Positions 1 to 10,334 of a stretch of DNA of 64,000 bases are shown piece after piece. How positions within the stretch are numbered: position 1 is the first letter of the stretch; every line of letters begins with the position of its first letter. The notes under the pieces are model-generated. The model was not told the origin of the DNA and ran no database searches. It worked only from the letters and a program-made list of their open reading frames with translations. A program made the position numbers and the translations under genes. The DNA comes from a candidate division WOR-3 bacterium (GTDB lineage: Bacteria; Hydrothermota; Hydrothermia; JBDRYB01). The stretch covers positions 64,001 through 128,000 of the forward strand of contig JBDRYB010000003.1 in the NCBI GenBank assembly GCA_039803205.1, in the 5' to 3' direction.

Positions 1-490
1 TGAGCACAAAGAAATCGTAACTCCCAGCGCCGGAACTGGAAGTGAATCCAGCCACCACAAGACCGTTGTCCGCAGTTAAGACTGCAGAGTGAGCCTGATC
101 ATATCCGTCTCCGCCGAAGGTCTTATACCACTGAAGGTCGCCGCTGGAATTAAACTTGGAAATAAAGAGGTTCTCATCTCCAAAGCTATATGTCTCGCCC
201 ACGATCGCGAACCCGTTGTCACTGGTCTGAACTATGCAGTGACTGTGATCGAATCTGGTCCCTTGTATTACCTGGGCCCAAGTTATGTTTCCGGATGGGT
301 TCATTTTGAACACTAGGCAATCCGTACCATCTCCAAGCCCAAGATCAATCGGTCTCGTAACCAAGTAGCCACCATCAGTGGTTTGGATGACAGAGCCTGC
401 GTAGTATTCAATGCCCGTCATGTCTTCTACAGACCTAGCGAACTTACCCTGCGCCAAGAGCGCGCTTGTGGTGATAAAAAAGCATGTCAT
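1..490 (-). CDS. Secreted beta-propeller repeat protein (partial, runs off window start); paralog of the two neighbouring genes
   Basis: Not in ORF track. Read by hand from ATG at 490 after GGAGG: MTCFFITTSALLAQGKFARS...SVIQTTDGGYLVT...CIVQTSDNGFAIVG..., the same QTxDGG repeats as 585-2111; open to window edge. Confidence 0.85.
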   Translation of the reverse strand, partial: MTCFFITTSALLAQGKFARSVEDMTGIEYYAGSVIQTTDGGYLVTRPIDLGLGDGTDCLVFKMNPSGNITWAQVIQGTRFDHSHCIVQTSDNGFAIVGETYSFGDENLFISKFNSSGDLQWYKTFGGDGYDQAHSAVLTADNGLVVAGFTSSSGAGSYDFFVL

Positions 491-497
491 GATGAAA

Positions 498-659
498 CCT
501 CCGTATGGTTTTTGTTTTCAAGGCAAATGTGGGCCGGCCGGGTTTTAACGGGAGGTGCAGAGATTCCCGACCGGCCCTTGGTTTTCATCTCACAACCGCC
601 TTTCCTTTATATGGCCCTGCCTGCCATAGATAGACGCCAGAATCAAGGGGGATGCGGGT
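498..659. repeat. 162-bp direct repeat copy 1 (last ~24 codons of CTD, GC hairpin, RBS of next gene)
   Basis: Near-identical to 2119-2280 (offset 1621); contains gggccggccggg...cccgaccggccc inverted repeat. Confidence 0.95.
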
Positions 660-2111
660 CTGACCTTTTTCCAGGTTATCTGAGATGGCCACGCGGCCAT
701 CGGCCGAGTAGAGCTTTATGGGCAGGGCCTCGTTGGATACGAAGAGAACACCACCGGTGACCGGCGAACAGGTTATCCAGCCATGAGAGCCAGGATTGAT
801 CTCCTCAACATGCTCGTAAAGGGGCTGGCAGACATCGGTTACTGTCGGCGCGGAAGCCGTAGTGATGAAATCCAGGTTTGTGGTGGTATGAGTCCAAGCG
901 GGAGCAGAGATACTGAGATCTGGCGTCAGAAAATCGGGGGTCCCCAGGGGCGGCACCTGATCAACTACACAGTCGGAATAATCCCCGTTTCCGTCCATCT
1001 TCAGAAAAGCAATATCATGCTCTCCGACGGGAATGTTGAATGTGTTTCCCGCGACCGCGAACCCCCCGTCCGGTGTCAGAATTATGGACTGGGCGTGGTC
1101 ATCAACAGTCGCGTTGAAAGTCCTGGACCACAGGACGCCACCGGTTACATTGTCCATTTTCATGATCAGGAAATCATTGTTCATGGTTCTTGTGTGCCCT
1201 GCGGCCACGAGTCCCCCGTCCGAGGTCTGGACTATGGATGTGGCGTAATCGTGTATGCCTGTCGCTACCGTTGCCCAGGAGAGATCACCGTCGGAATCTG
1301 TTTTCATGACCATAAACATCGGCAGATCCCCCACGAAATTGCCTACTTCCGTTATGCCAGCGACCGTAAAACCCCCATCAGAGGTCTGGATTATGAAGTT
1401 GCCCTGATCAGCCCAGGTGTGAAGTCCGCCAACCATCCCAAAAAAGAACCTCGTCCAGAGGACAGACCCATCCGGATTCAGCCTAAGGATAGGGATGGCA
1501 TTATCGCTGTATATCGCGTCTTCATAGATCACCCCCGTGATAGCATATCCGCCATCGCTTGTTTGAACTATGGAATAGGCCTCTCCTAACCATCCCGGCC
1601 CATAATAATATCTTGCCCAGTTCGTATTTCCATCAGCGTCAAGCCTGAGGGCAATCAGGTTATTACCCCATGCCCCTATGGCATAGCCTCCGTCCGTGGT
1701 TCTGATTATGGAGCGCCCCTCCTCGTAGGTCGCTCCTGCTCCATAGGTCTTTGCCCAGGATAGGTCTCCGTCAGGTTCCAGCTTGAGAACCAATATGTTC
1801 CTTCTTGGGCCAGCATAACGCGTGGTGCCTCCGGTGACGACAAACCCGCCATCTGTCGCCTGGACTATGGAATATCCCACATCAACGCTTGTGTCGCCGT
1901 ATGCCTTGGCCCACACGAGGTTCCCGTTCGGATCCAGCCTGATGACCAAGACATCATCTCCACCAGCGCCAAACGCCTGCGTGGTTCCGGCGAGCGCGAA
2001 CCCGCCGTCCGTGGTCTGGACCACGGAGTAGATGTAGTCATCGCCTGTCCATCCATAGGTCTTCGCGAAAAGGTTCTGCGAGACCAGCACAGATACTATT
2101 AAGGTGTTCAT
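585..2111 (-). CDS. Secreted beta-propeller repeat protein with T9SS-type C-terminal sorting domain
   Basis: Repeated SIVQTxDGG(F/Y)xxxG...LxWxK units; short hydrophobic N-terminus; tail IKLYSADGR...GVYLWQAGPYKGKAVVR. Confidence 0.8.
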   Translation of the reverse strand: MNTLIVSVLVSQNLFAKTYGWTGDDYIYSVVQTTDGGFALAGTTQAFGAGGDDVLVIRLDPNGNLVWAKAYGDTSVDVGYSIVQATDGGFVVTGGTTRYAGPRRNILVLKLEPDGDLSWAKTYGAGATYEEGRSIIRTTDGGYAIGAWGNNLIALRLDADGNTNWARYYYGPGWLGEAYSIVQTSDGGYAITGVIYEDAIYSDNAIPILRLNPDGSVLWTRFFFGMVGGLHTWADQGNFIIQTSDGGFTVAGITEVGNFVGDLPMFMVMKTDSDGDLSWATVATGIHDYATSIVQTSDGGLVAAGHTRTMNNDFLIMKMDNVTGGVLWSRTFNATVDDHAQSIILTPDGGFAVAGNTFNIPVGEHDIAFLKMDGNGDYSDCVVDQVPPLGTPDFLTPDLSISAPAWTHTTTNLDFITTASAPTVTDVCQPLYEHVEEINPGSHGWITCSPVTGGVLFVSNEALPIKLYSADGRVAISDNLEKGQTRIPLDSGVYLWQAGPYKGKAVVR

Positions 2112-2118
2112 GTTAAAG

Positions 2119-2280
2119 CCTCCGTATGGTTTTTGTTTTCAAACAAAATGCAGGCCGGCCGGGTTTTAACGGGAGGTGCAGAGATCCCCGGCCGGCCCTT
2201 TGTTTTCATCTCACAACCGCCTTTCCTTTATATGGTCCCGCTTGCCAGAGATAGACGCCAGGATCAAGGGGGATGCGGGT
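2119..2280. repeat. 162-bp direct repeat copy 2
   Basis: Near-identical to 498-659; perfect ggccggccggg/cccggccggcc stem. Confidence 0.95.
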
Positions 2281-4329
2281 TTGGCTAGGTCCTAGGAGTC
2301 CGGAGAAAAATAACCTGCCATCAGGGAGATATAGTCTAAGGAGGCTCTCTTTTTCGGAGGCAAAGATTAGCCCACCGGATACAGGAATACAAGTTATCCC
2401 TCCGGGGTGGTTATACGGATCATCTTGATAGTAATCCATCGGGGAGCATATACTTAAGGTGCTTAGACTAACAGAAGTCATAGAGGGTGCTATCGTGACG
2501 ACATATGGTGTGTATGACTTTCCTGTGTTAACATTCTCATCTACGACAGGTATATTTGTGAGGGTAGCCTGTTGCCAGTCCATAATACAGCCCGCGTAAT
2601 CCTGACTCGCATTTACCTTTAGTACGAGCAGGTCGTAGCTAGAGGCATAGCTATTAGAGTATCCCAGAACAGCAAATCCTCCGTCGTCGGTTATAGATAT
2701 ACTCAAGGATATGTCCGAGTTTGCCCCACCAAGCTTTTTGACCCATAGGAGGTTGCCGCCGCCGTCGATCTTAATTATGAAGATGTCATCGCTAAGACCC
2801 GAGAAAGAGCCAGTTACTATAAGATTGTCACCGTCTACACTAGTAGACCCATACACATTGGTAGCAGAGAGATATTTTGCCCAGATGGGGTCACCCACGG
2901 CATTCGTTCTAAGTATAACCACATAAGGGCTTCCGGTATTCATCTCGCCGGTAAATATGTATCCCCCATCCGGCATCTGAGCTATATCCACCACGCCCTC
3001 TTGGTATGAGCCAAAATCATAAGTTTTTATCCATTCGGTAGCGCCAGATGAGCTAAGCTTAACCACGAAGAAGTTCCAGGGGTTCGAACCGAAATATCTC
3101 GTATATCCTCCGAGGATATAACCCCCGTCGCTTGTTTGCCTTATTCTCCATAGTCCATCGTGATTGCTTGATCCGAAGGCCCGAGCCCATTCTATATTGC
3201 TGTTTTGATCCGGCTTGTAGATAGCTCCATCCCAGCATCCGTAGCCCCAATCATCGGACCACACAGAACCGCCATCGCTGGTAAGGATAAGCGAGTTGCC
3301 GTTGCTTCCGCCCGTTGGCCCGAATACCTTTTTGCTCCATATGTGGTTCCCGGAAAGATCGTAACGGAAAAGCCAAGCATCCCATGTGCTCGTTGAAGTG
3401 TTCCAGAGATAACCGGCCGCTGTAAGATTTCCGTCAGAGGTTTGCACGATCCCCCTCACATAGTCCGCGCCAGCCGCGCCAAGAACCCTTGTCCAGATTT
3501 GATTTCCTGAGGCGTCAAACCTGGAGATCATTGCGTCGCCGTTTCCGACGCCCCAGCTATCGGTTCTGCATCCTACCACAAAGCCATCGTCTGATGTCCG
3601 AGTTACATTTGGAAAGATGTAGTCATCGTTTGGGCCCCCTATTGTTCTGTTCCAGAGCAGATTACCAGATTTGTCAAACCTGCAGATGAGGGTTTCCCAG
3701 CCTCCCGCACCTACTCCGGTTATACTACCGACAGCAACTACCCCGCTATCGGGTGTTGCTGCTATTCCGCGTCCTTCAGCTGCTTGGCCCGATAGGCCTA
3801 TACATCTCGTCCATTGATGGTTCCCTGCCGAGTCAAGCTTTACAACTATAAGGCTACTGAAGGTACTGGGACCAAAGCTCCACGAGCTCCCGACTATAGC
3901 AAAGCCATTATCGGCGGTTTTGATAATGCCACCCGCTTCATCAGCGTTAGTGCCTCCAATTGTTTTTGCCCAAAGAAGATTCCCGTTGGGATCAAGCTTG
4001 GCTATCAGAATATCGCGGTTGCCAGCACCCCATAAGGATGTGTAAGCGGTCACCGCAAAGCCGCCATCGGATGCTAGGGTCATGTATGAGCCCCAATCAT
4101 TTGGGCCACCCTCTATCATCCTGCTCCAAATATGATTTCCCAGGCTGTCAAACCTAGAGACTATGGAGCCATAGCCAAAGCTTATTGCGTGTCCGGATAA
4201 GGCGTAACCATTGTCAGGGGTCTGGACGACCGAGAATGCCCTATCGTAATTTGTCCCCCCGAGAACACTGATGAAGTTAACCTGTTGCGCTTGGCTTATC
4301 CCCGTAATGAACAGCATAACCTTTTTCAT
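2206..4329 (-). CDS. Secreted beta-propeller repeat protein (longer, apparently mosaic) with T9SS-type CTD
   Basis: About 12 QTxDGG-type repeats; C-terminus QTRIPLDPGVYLWQAGPYKGKAVVR nearly identical to that of 585-2111. Confidence 0.8.
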   Translation of the reverse strand: MKKVMLFITGISQAQQVNFISVLGGTNYDRAFSVVQTPDNGYALSGHAISFGYGSIVSRFDSLGNHIWSRMIEGGPNDWGSYMTLASDGGFAVTAYTSLWGAGNRDILIAKLDPNGNLLWAKTIGGTNADEAGGIIKTADNGFAIVGSSWSFGPSTFSSLIVVKLDSAGNHQWTRCIGLSGQAAEGRGIAATPDSGVVAVGSITGVGAGGWETLICRFDKSGNLLWNRTIGGPNDDYIFPNVTRTSDDGFVVGCRTDSWGVGNGDAMISRFDASGNQIWTRVLGAAGADYVRGIVQTSDGNLTAAGYLWNTSTSTWDAWLFRYDLSGNHIWSKKVFGPTGGSNGNSLILTSDGGSVWSDDWGYGCWDGAIYKPDQNSNIEWARAFGSSNHDGLWRIRQTSDGGYILGGYTRYFGSNPWNFFVVKLSSSGATEWIKTYDFGSYQEGVVDIAQMPDGGYIFTGEMNTGSPYVVILRTNAVGDPIWAKYLSATNVYGSTSVDGDNLIVTGSFSGLSDDIFIIKIDGGGNLLWVKKLGGANSDISLSISITDDGGFAVLGYSNSYASSYDLLVLKVNASQDYAGCIMDWQQATLTNIPVVDENVNTGKSYTPYVVTIAPSMTSVSLSTLSICSPMDYYQDDPYNHPGGITCIPVSGGLIFASEKESLLRLYLPDGRLFFSGLLGPSQTRIPLDPGVYLWQAGPYKGKAVVR

Positions 4330-4346
4330 ATTAGAACCTTTGAAAC

Positions 4347-5945
4347 CTACTTGCTTAAGGTGAAGCTTACTTTAAGTCTCTTGTTCTCATGCTCCACCAG
4401 GGCAACATAAAGCCCCTTTCTCAGCTCGAGGCTCAGCAAGTTCTCTCCCGGCGAAAGCCTCGTTTCCTTTGAGATAACTAGACAGCCAACGGGGTCATAT
4501 ATCCTTATCCTGGCTTCGCCGCCCCTCTGTGAAACAACATGAAGGTTGTTCCCAGAGAACCAAGCCTTTGGCCCGGATTCCAACTGAGGAGTCTCTTCTG
4601 ATTCTTCGTAAACTGGCCCACAGCCGGCTCCCGGTGCGTCTATGATCCACAGGTTTCTATTTGTTCCTGGGCCAGCCAGGGTTATCTCAGAACACCCGTC
4701 CCCATCCGTATCCCCTATGGTCACATCATGCCCATCAGAACAGTAGGGAGCCTCAACCTTCCACTGCTTCGCGCCGCTTTCCCCAGCGAGGCAATACACC
4801 CACCCCGGATATGTCTGAGCGATGACCTCCCAGCGTCCGTCGCCATCAATATCCGCAATAGCAACGCCCCTGTGGACATCTCCGGCCAGGGTATCCGAGC
4901 GCCAGATCACATTGCCATCATATCCCCTGAAGCAGTGAACGCGATCATAGAGGTCTGGAGCAGTGCTTGCTGATCCGCCTGACCCTATAACAACATCGAG
5001 CCAGCCATCGCCGTTCAGGTCAGCTATGCCCATTCCTTGCTTGTAGACACCACCGCCAGAAGGGACCCTCTGGCGCCAAAGGATACTGAAGCTTGTGCCC
5101 GATGGTTTCAGGCACCAGAGGGAGTCCGGGCTCACTCTGTATATGAAGACCTCCATTATTCCGTCTTTGTCCACATCCGCGATAGCAGGGGCTGATTTGG
5201 TGGTTCCGGCTCCCAGATATAGGCTGGCAAGCCTGACCCCTGTTTTAGCGTTCCATATTATCAGGGTATCATCCCCTGAAGTTGAGACCACCTCAGGGTC
5301 TCCGCCTGGCATAACCTGGCCAACAGCGGGCGCGTAATCCCCGTTAAGGGCCCGTGCGGACCAGAGCTTTGAACCGTTAACTGGGTTCAAGCACCAGAGA
5401 GAATCAAGCCTCTCGTCACCGAAAAGCACCTCAGTTTTGCCATCCCCATCCACATCGTAGAGGGTTGGGGAGGTTGGATTCAGGCCGTTGTAAGGGCCAT
5501 ACCATCCGGGCCAGTCGGTTTCCCCGGTTGCGGCATTCCTGCACCACATAGCGCCAACATCCTCGCTGGTATATATGTTTGCGTGGAGCATCTCAACTGT
5601 TCCGTCGTTGTCTATGTCCCAAACGGCAAAGGCAGTGCCCTGTGAGCGCGTATTGGCCAGAGGCCATGTCCAGGCCACCTGGTATGAACCCTGATACCTG
5701 ATCGCCCATATGCAGTCAGGATCTCCCCCCACATTGGCCAGGAATATGTAGGAGACTCCGCCTATAACTGCAATAGCCGGCCCCTCTGATTCCGTGGCCC
5801 CTCCCAGATCAATGGATGTAACGCTTGGTGGGATGCTCATCGCTCCGCGCAGGAGTTGGACCCTTGTGTGCTGTGCATCGCCACCATACATGGGCCACCA
5901 ACCAGGCGCCCATGTCTGGGCTATCAGCAGGATTATTTTTATCAT
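4347..5945 (-). CDS. FG-GAP/PQQ-like beta-propeller protein with T9SS-type CTD
   Basis: Repeated Ca-binding DxDxDGxxE motifs (DIDNDGTVE, DVDGDGKTE, DLNGDGWLD); N-terminal WPMYGGDAQHT; CTD IRIYDPVG...GLYVALV. Confidence 0.8.
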   Translation of the reverse strand: MIKIILLIAQTWAPGWWPMYGGDAQHTRVQLLRGAMSIPPSVTSIDLGGATESEGPAIAVIGGVSYIFLANVGGDPDCIWAIRYQGSYQVAWTWPLANTRSQGTAFAVWDIDNDGTVEMLHANIYTSEDVGAMWCRNAATGETDWPGWYGPYNGLNPTSPTLYDVDGDGKTEVLFGDERLDSLWCLNPVNGSKLWSARALNGDYAPAVGQVMPGGDPEVVSTSGDDTLIIWNAKTGVRLASLYLGAGTTKSAPAIADVDKDGIMEVFIYRVSPDSLWCLKPSGTSFSILWRQRVPSGGGVYKQGMGIADLNGDGWLDVVIGSGGSASTAPDLYDRVHCFRGYDGNVIWRSDTLAGDVHRGVAIADIDGDGRWEVIAQTYPGWVYCLAGESGAKQWKVEAPYCSDGHDVTIGDTDGDGCSEITLAGPGTNRNLWIIDAPGAGCGPVYEESEETPQLESGPKAWFSGNNLHVVSQRGGEARIRIYDPVGCLVISKETRLSPGENLLSLELRKGLYVALVEHENKRLKVSFTLSK

Positions 5946-6530
5946 TCTGCACCTCCGTGCTTACGGCCCTATATTTTAGGGAATCAACTGAAACAGAACT
6001 GAAACGGAACCGGCGCGTTCCTTGTGGAGGCTTCATGAAGATAGCTTTGGGGGATGCATCCGGTTTTCGGGGCACTACTGGCCCGGATCTGGCCTTTGGG
6101 ATAGAATATGTTCCACCTCCTTTGAACCTACTTCCTGCCGAGTTTCAACCACGAGGGTTCAAGGGCTAAAGGGGTGGGATGATCTTTCTGGGGTTCTATT
6201 GCTCAGAAACCCCCCTCTGAGAGAGTCGAAAATGGTGTTTTCAGGGATGCAAACAAAACCTCCCCTTTTCCCTCATGGAGGGTTTCTGTTCCCGAGTGGA
6301 GGTATATCGCATTCATGATCCTACCGAGAAAGAGGAATACATAGCCCGGGCGTGAGGACTTGCTTTTGGGGAGCTATCCCCGGAATTCCCATGTGATCGT
6401 TATGTTGACGAATACAGGTGGTATCACAACAGGCTGATGAAAAGGCTCTTCAGCGATAACACCACAGCAAAGTGGTTGAAACGCTCCAAGGCGTGCGTTT
6501 ATAATTTGTGAGCACAAGGAGCACCTCGCA

Positions 6531-7601
6531 ATGAAAAAGGAATCCCTTGATTTTTTGAAGAGGCTCATGGAGGCCCCGAGTCCATCCGGATACGAGGGCC
6601 CTGCGGCCGAGATATGGAGAGCCGAGGCAAAGAAATTCTCCGATCAAGTGAAAACAGACCTCCACGGCAACACAATCGCCGTCTTGAACAAAGGAGGCTC
6701 ACCACGGGTAATGCTCGCTGGCCACATAGATGAGATAGGCCTGATGATCCAATCCATAGATGAGAATGGTTTTGCCCGTTTCCAGGGCGTCGGAGGCTGG
6801 GACCCCCAGATACTCCCCGGCCAACGCGTTGTGTTTATTGGCAAAAAAGGTCCTGTAAAGGGAATAATCGGCAAGAAACCAGTGCATCTTATGGAGCAGG
6901 GGGAACGGACCAAGGCAGTAAAGATTGAGGAACTCTGGGTTGATTTTGGGACAGGTTCAAAGAAGGAGACCGAGGAGCTCATCTCAATTGGCGATGTGGG
7001 CGTAATTGATGTCGGCTTCCAGATCATTCATGGAAACAACGCAATAGCCCGCGGGTTTGACGACAGGATAGGCGCTTTTGTGGTGCTTGAGGCGCTCAGA
7101 CTCCTCTCAAAAATGAACATTAGTGCCGAGGTATATGCTGTGGCAACGGTCCAGGAGGAAATAGGGCTCCGCGGCGCACACACGGCGGCTTTCGGAATAG
7201 ACCCGAAGGTCGGGATAGCGGTTGATGTGACATTTGCCACGGACTATCCTGGGATGGGCTCCAAAGAAAAGGACATCTTTGGAAACATCAAGCTCGGCGG
7301 AGGCCCTGTTATTGCCCGGGGGCCAAACATAAACCACCGTGTTCACGAGCTTTTGGTCAAGACAGCCAAGGAAAAGAAAATTCCCTATGTGATAGAAGCA
7401 ATACCGAGGGGAACAGGGACGGACGCGAACGCCATACAGCTCTCTAGGGCAGGGGTTGCGGCAGGGCTCATATCGGTTCCCAACAGGAACATGCACACCC
7501 CTGTTGAAATGGTCAACCTGGAGGATGTTGAGGGCGCGTTCAGCCTGTTGGCGCACGCGGTAGCAAAGATAACGGATAAAACAAATCTGATCCCGTTCTA
7601 G
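6531..7601 (+). CDS. M42 family metallo-aminopeptidase
   Basis: SPSGYE, GHIDEIG, DDRIG, QEEIGLRGA, GTDA, HTPVE motifs. Confidence 0.95.
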   Translation: MKKESLDFLKRLMEAPSPSGYEGPAAEIWRAEAKKFSDQVKTDLHGNTIAVLNKGGSPRVMLAGHIDEIGLMIQSIDENGFARFQGVGGWDPQILPGQRVVFIGKKGPVKGIIGKKPVHLMEQGERTKAVKIEELWVDFGTGSKKETEELISIGDVGVIDVGFQIIHGNNAIARGFDDRIGAFVVLEALRLLSKMNISAEVYAVATVQEEIGLRGAHTAAFGIDPKVGIAVDVTFATDYPGMGSKEKDIFGNIKLGGGPVIARGPNINHRVHELLVKTAKEKKIPYVIEAIPRGTGTDANAIQLSRAGVAAGLISVPNRNMHTPVEMVNLEDVEGAFSLLAHAVAKITDKTNLIPF

Positions 7602-7675
7602 GGTGTAAGGCCACTCTGCGAAACACTGCGTTAATCCCATACGCAGGAATTAAATATTTGGTGCCCAAAACGCGA

Positions 7676-8512
7676 TCAGCCCAAACTCACCATAAACGCT
7701 CCCAGAAACATGATTCCAGCGGCTATTAACCTCCTGAGAAGCCTCTTTTCTCCGAAGAAAAACCTACCGTATATGACGCCGAAGACCCCCGCCAATCTCT
7801 TCAGGGCTATCATGTAGGCGGCCTTCGTCAGGACTATGGCGGCCATGTGGCTAACCACCATTCCAGCGTGAAAGACCCCAGCAAAAACCAGATTAACTGA
7901 GAACTTGAGGGTTCGGCCCCTCCTTAGAAACGCTATTGGCGTGAATAAAACGGTCATGACGCCGAGATAATAAGCCGGAAAGAATGTGGGTGAGGATTCA
8001 GCTATGAGCATTTTCCCGAGGGCCGCGGTGATCGCGTAGATGAACGATACAGCGATCATGAGCCAGGGACCTTTTTCTTTCCTTATGGCGGAAAGGGGAA
8101 CCCAGGTCTCAGCTGATAATAGGTATCCGCCAAAGGTTATGAGAATAACCCCGAACCCGGCCAAAAGGCTTGGGGTTTCCCTCAGAGCTACAAAGCCGAT
8201 TAGGAGAAGGAAGGCAGGGGTCAGGGACAGAAATGGCAAGGTTAATGACAGGGGTGAGAGCCTGATGGCACGCATGTAGAGAAGGAGGGCTAAGATCTCA
8301 AGGGGAAAGGCGATAACCTGGAGCAAGAAGAATCTCGCTGAAAGATGCGGGATACCGAGAAGGAGAAGGGGAATGGCAAACGGGAGCGCGATCAGGTATT
8401 TTGCCCAGACCGCGGTAGCCTCATCCGCTTCCCCACGAGCCATTGCCCTCTTTGAGAACAGATCGGATGTCGCCCAGCTGAGAGCGCAGGCGAGCGAGAG
8501 GCCGACCCACAT
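7676..8512 (-). CDS. EamA/DMT family transporter
   Basis: About 10 TM helices in two repeats; likely start MWVGLSL (ORF track extends to 8563). Confidence 0.85.
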   Translation of the reverse strand: MWVGLSLACALSWATSDLFSKRAMARGEADEATAVWAKYLIALPFAIPLLLLGIPHLSARFFLLQVIAFPLEILALLLYMRAIRLSPLSLTLPFLSLTPAFLLLIGFVALRETPSLLAGFGVILITFGGYLLSAETWVPLSAIRKEKGPWLMIAVSFIYAITAALGKMLIAESSPTFFPAYYLGVMTVLFTPIAFLRRGRTLKFSVNLVFAGVFHAGMVVSHMAAIVLTKAAYMIALKRLAGVFGVIYGRFFFGEKRLLRRLIAAGIMFLGAFMVSLG

Positions 8513-8603
8513 GCCGAAAGCATAAGTCAGAAATGAGGATCCGGACAAGAAGCAGGGTCTCATGTCCGTGCAATAAGCGGTTTCAACCCATTATAATTTG
8601 CAT

Positions 8604-10334
8604 GTGAGCGGTATTTTCAGGCTTCTCTGGAAGAAGAAGTGGAAAATAGCCACGGGCATCTTCATATTGTTCGCGATTGATGCGGCGCAGCTTGTCGTTC
8701 CTCTCATACTCCGGAAGGCAATAGACGCCTTGGCGGTCGGATCCGCTACCCCTGGACTCATAACCACATACGCTCTTTGGCTCGTCGGCTTGGCGCTCTT
8801 CGTGGCCTTCTTTAGGTTTTTCTGGCGCTACTTTCTCATGGGCGCGGCGCGTGAGCTGGAACGGGATCTCAGGGACAGGATCTACGCTCATGTCATGCGC
8901 CTTCACCCTGGATTCTTCTCAGAAGCAAGGACAGGAGACATAATGGCGCTCGCTACAAACGACGCTGAGGCCGTCAGGATGGCAATAGGCATGGGAATAG
9001 TTGCCTCATCGGACGCGGCAATAATGGGGCTTTTTTCCCTGGGCGCTATGCTCTGGATATCCCCATCCCTGACCATATACACAGCCATTCCTCTTGCCGC
9101 TACCACAGCGGTTGTCCTGTTTTTCGGAAAGGCGATATACAAACGCTTCAAGGCTGTTCAAGAGGCATTCGCTGAGATAACCGAGCGCGTCAGGGAGACC
9201 ATCTCCGGAATAAGGATAATAAAGGCTTTTGTTCAGGAGGATGGCGAGAGGAGGTCATACCGGGAGCTGAACGAGGACTATGTCGCGAAGAACATGTCCC
9301 TCGTGAAGATATGGGGATTCTTTTGGCCCTTGGTGACCTTCTTCGCTGGCTCAGCGACCGCTCTGGTAATATGGCAAGGAGGCGCAAAGGCCATAACCGG
9401 AGCAATAAGCCTCGGGGATGTCGTGGCTTTCATGAACTACCTATGGATACTGGTTTGGCCCATGGTGGCCATAGGTTGGGTTACGAACCTCCTCCAACGC
9501 GGTTCTGCGTCCATGGCCAGGATCCAGGAACTCCTTGATACCAAACCCGAGATAGCTGATCCGCAAAGACCTCACAGGGCAAGAGTGAAGGGGAACATAG
9601 AATTCAGGGGACTTACATTCTCATATTCCGAGGATGGGGATCCGGTTCTCATAGATGTAGACCTTTCGGTTGAAGAGGGGATGGTCGTGGGCATAGTTGG
9701 GAGAACCGGCTCCGGAAAGACAACCCTCGTTTCTCTGGTCCCCAGGCTCTACGATCCGCCCCCAGGGACGGTCTTCGTTGACGGCGTTGATGTCAGGAAT
9801 TGGTCGCTTGAGGCTCTCAGGGGCGAAATAGGTTTCGTCCCTCAGGAGGCGTTCCTTTTCTCCGCGACCATAAGGGAGAACATAGCGTTCTTCAACCCTG
9901 ATGCGCCTGAGGAGGATGTGGTGGCCGCGGCAAATGCCGCTGACATCTGGCATGAGATAGAGGAGATGCCGGACGGGCTTGACACCGTGGTTGGCGAGAG
10001 GGGGATAACCCTCTCAGGCGGACAGCGCCAGCGCGTTGCCCTCGCTAGGGCAATAATAAAGGACCCTCGGATAATCATCCTGGACGACACGCTTTCAGCG
10101 GTTGATTTTGAGACAGAGGAAAGGATACTGGATAACCTGAAAAGGTTTTTGCCTGGAAGAACCGGCTTGATAATCTCCCACAGGCTATCCGCTGTTGCCC
10201 ACGCTGATCTGATAATCGTTCTTGAGGACGGGAGGGTGGTGGAGAAGGGAACGCATCAGGAGCTCCTCAGAATAGGGGGAATATACGCGAAGACATGGGA
10301 ACTTCAGCAACTGGAAAGGGCGGCCGCGACCTGA
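8604..10334 (+). CDS. ABC exporter, fused permease + ATPase (MdlA-like)
   Basis: 6 TM domain, Walker A GRTGSGKT, LSGGQRQR, ILDD; GTG start 6 nt after TATAAT. Confidence 0.93.
   Translation: MSGIFRLLWKKKWKIATGIFILFAIDAAQLVVPLILRKAIDALAVGSATPGLITTYALWLVGLALFVAFFRFFWRYFLMGAARELERDLRDRIYAHVMRLHPGFFSEARTGDIMALATNDAEAVRMAIGMGIVASSDAAIMGLFSLGAMLWISPSLTIYTAIPLAATTAVVLFFGKAIYKRFKAVQEAFAEITERVRETISGIRIIKAFVQEDGERRSYRELNEDYVAKNMSLVKIWGFFWPLVTFFAGSATALVIWQGGAKAITGAISLGDVVAFMNYLWILVWPMVAIGWVTNLLQRGSASMARIQELLDTKPEIADPQRPHRARVKGNIEFRGLTFSYSEDGDPVLIDVDLSVEEGMVVGIVGRTGSGKTTLVSLVPRLYDPPPGTVFVDGVDVRNWSLEALRGEIGFVPQEAFLFSATIRENIAFFNPDAPEEDVVAAANAADIWHEIEEMPDGLDTVVGERGITLSGGQRQRVALARAIIKDPRIIILDDTLSAVDFETEERILDNLKRFLPGRTGLIISHRLSAVAHADLIIVLEDGRVVEKGTHQELLRIGGIYAKTWELQQLERAAAT

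Noticed and set aside
498..2280. CRISPR array or integron attC sites
   Set aside because: Repeats are 162 bp, 1.6 kb apart and include coding sequence; no cas or intI genes, and no clear RYYYAAC/GTTRRRY boundaries.
5990..6320. Small ORFs or an IS fragment between the T9SS cluster and the M42 peptidase
   Set aside because: Only a weak transposase-like hint (YFLPSFNH); insufficient support.
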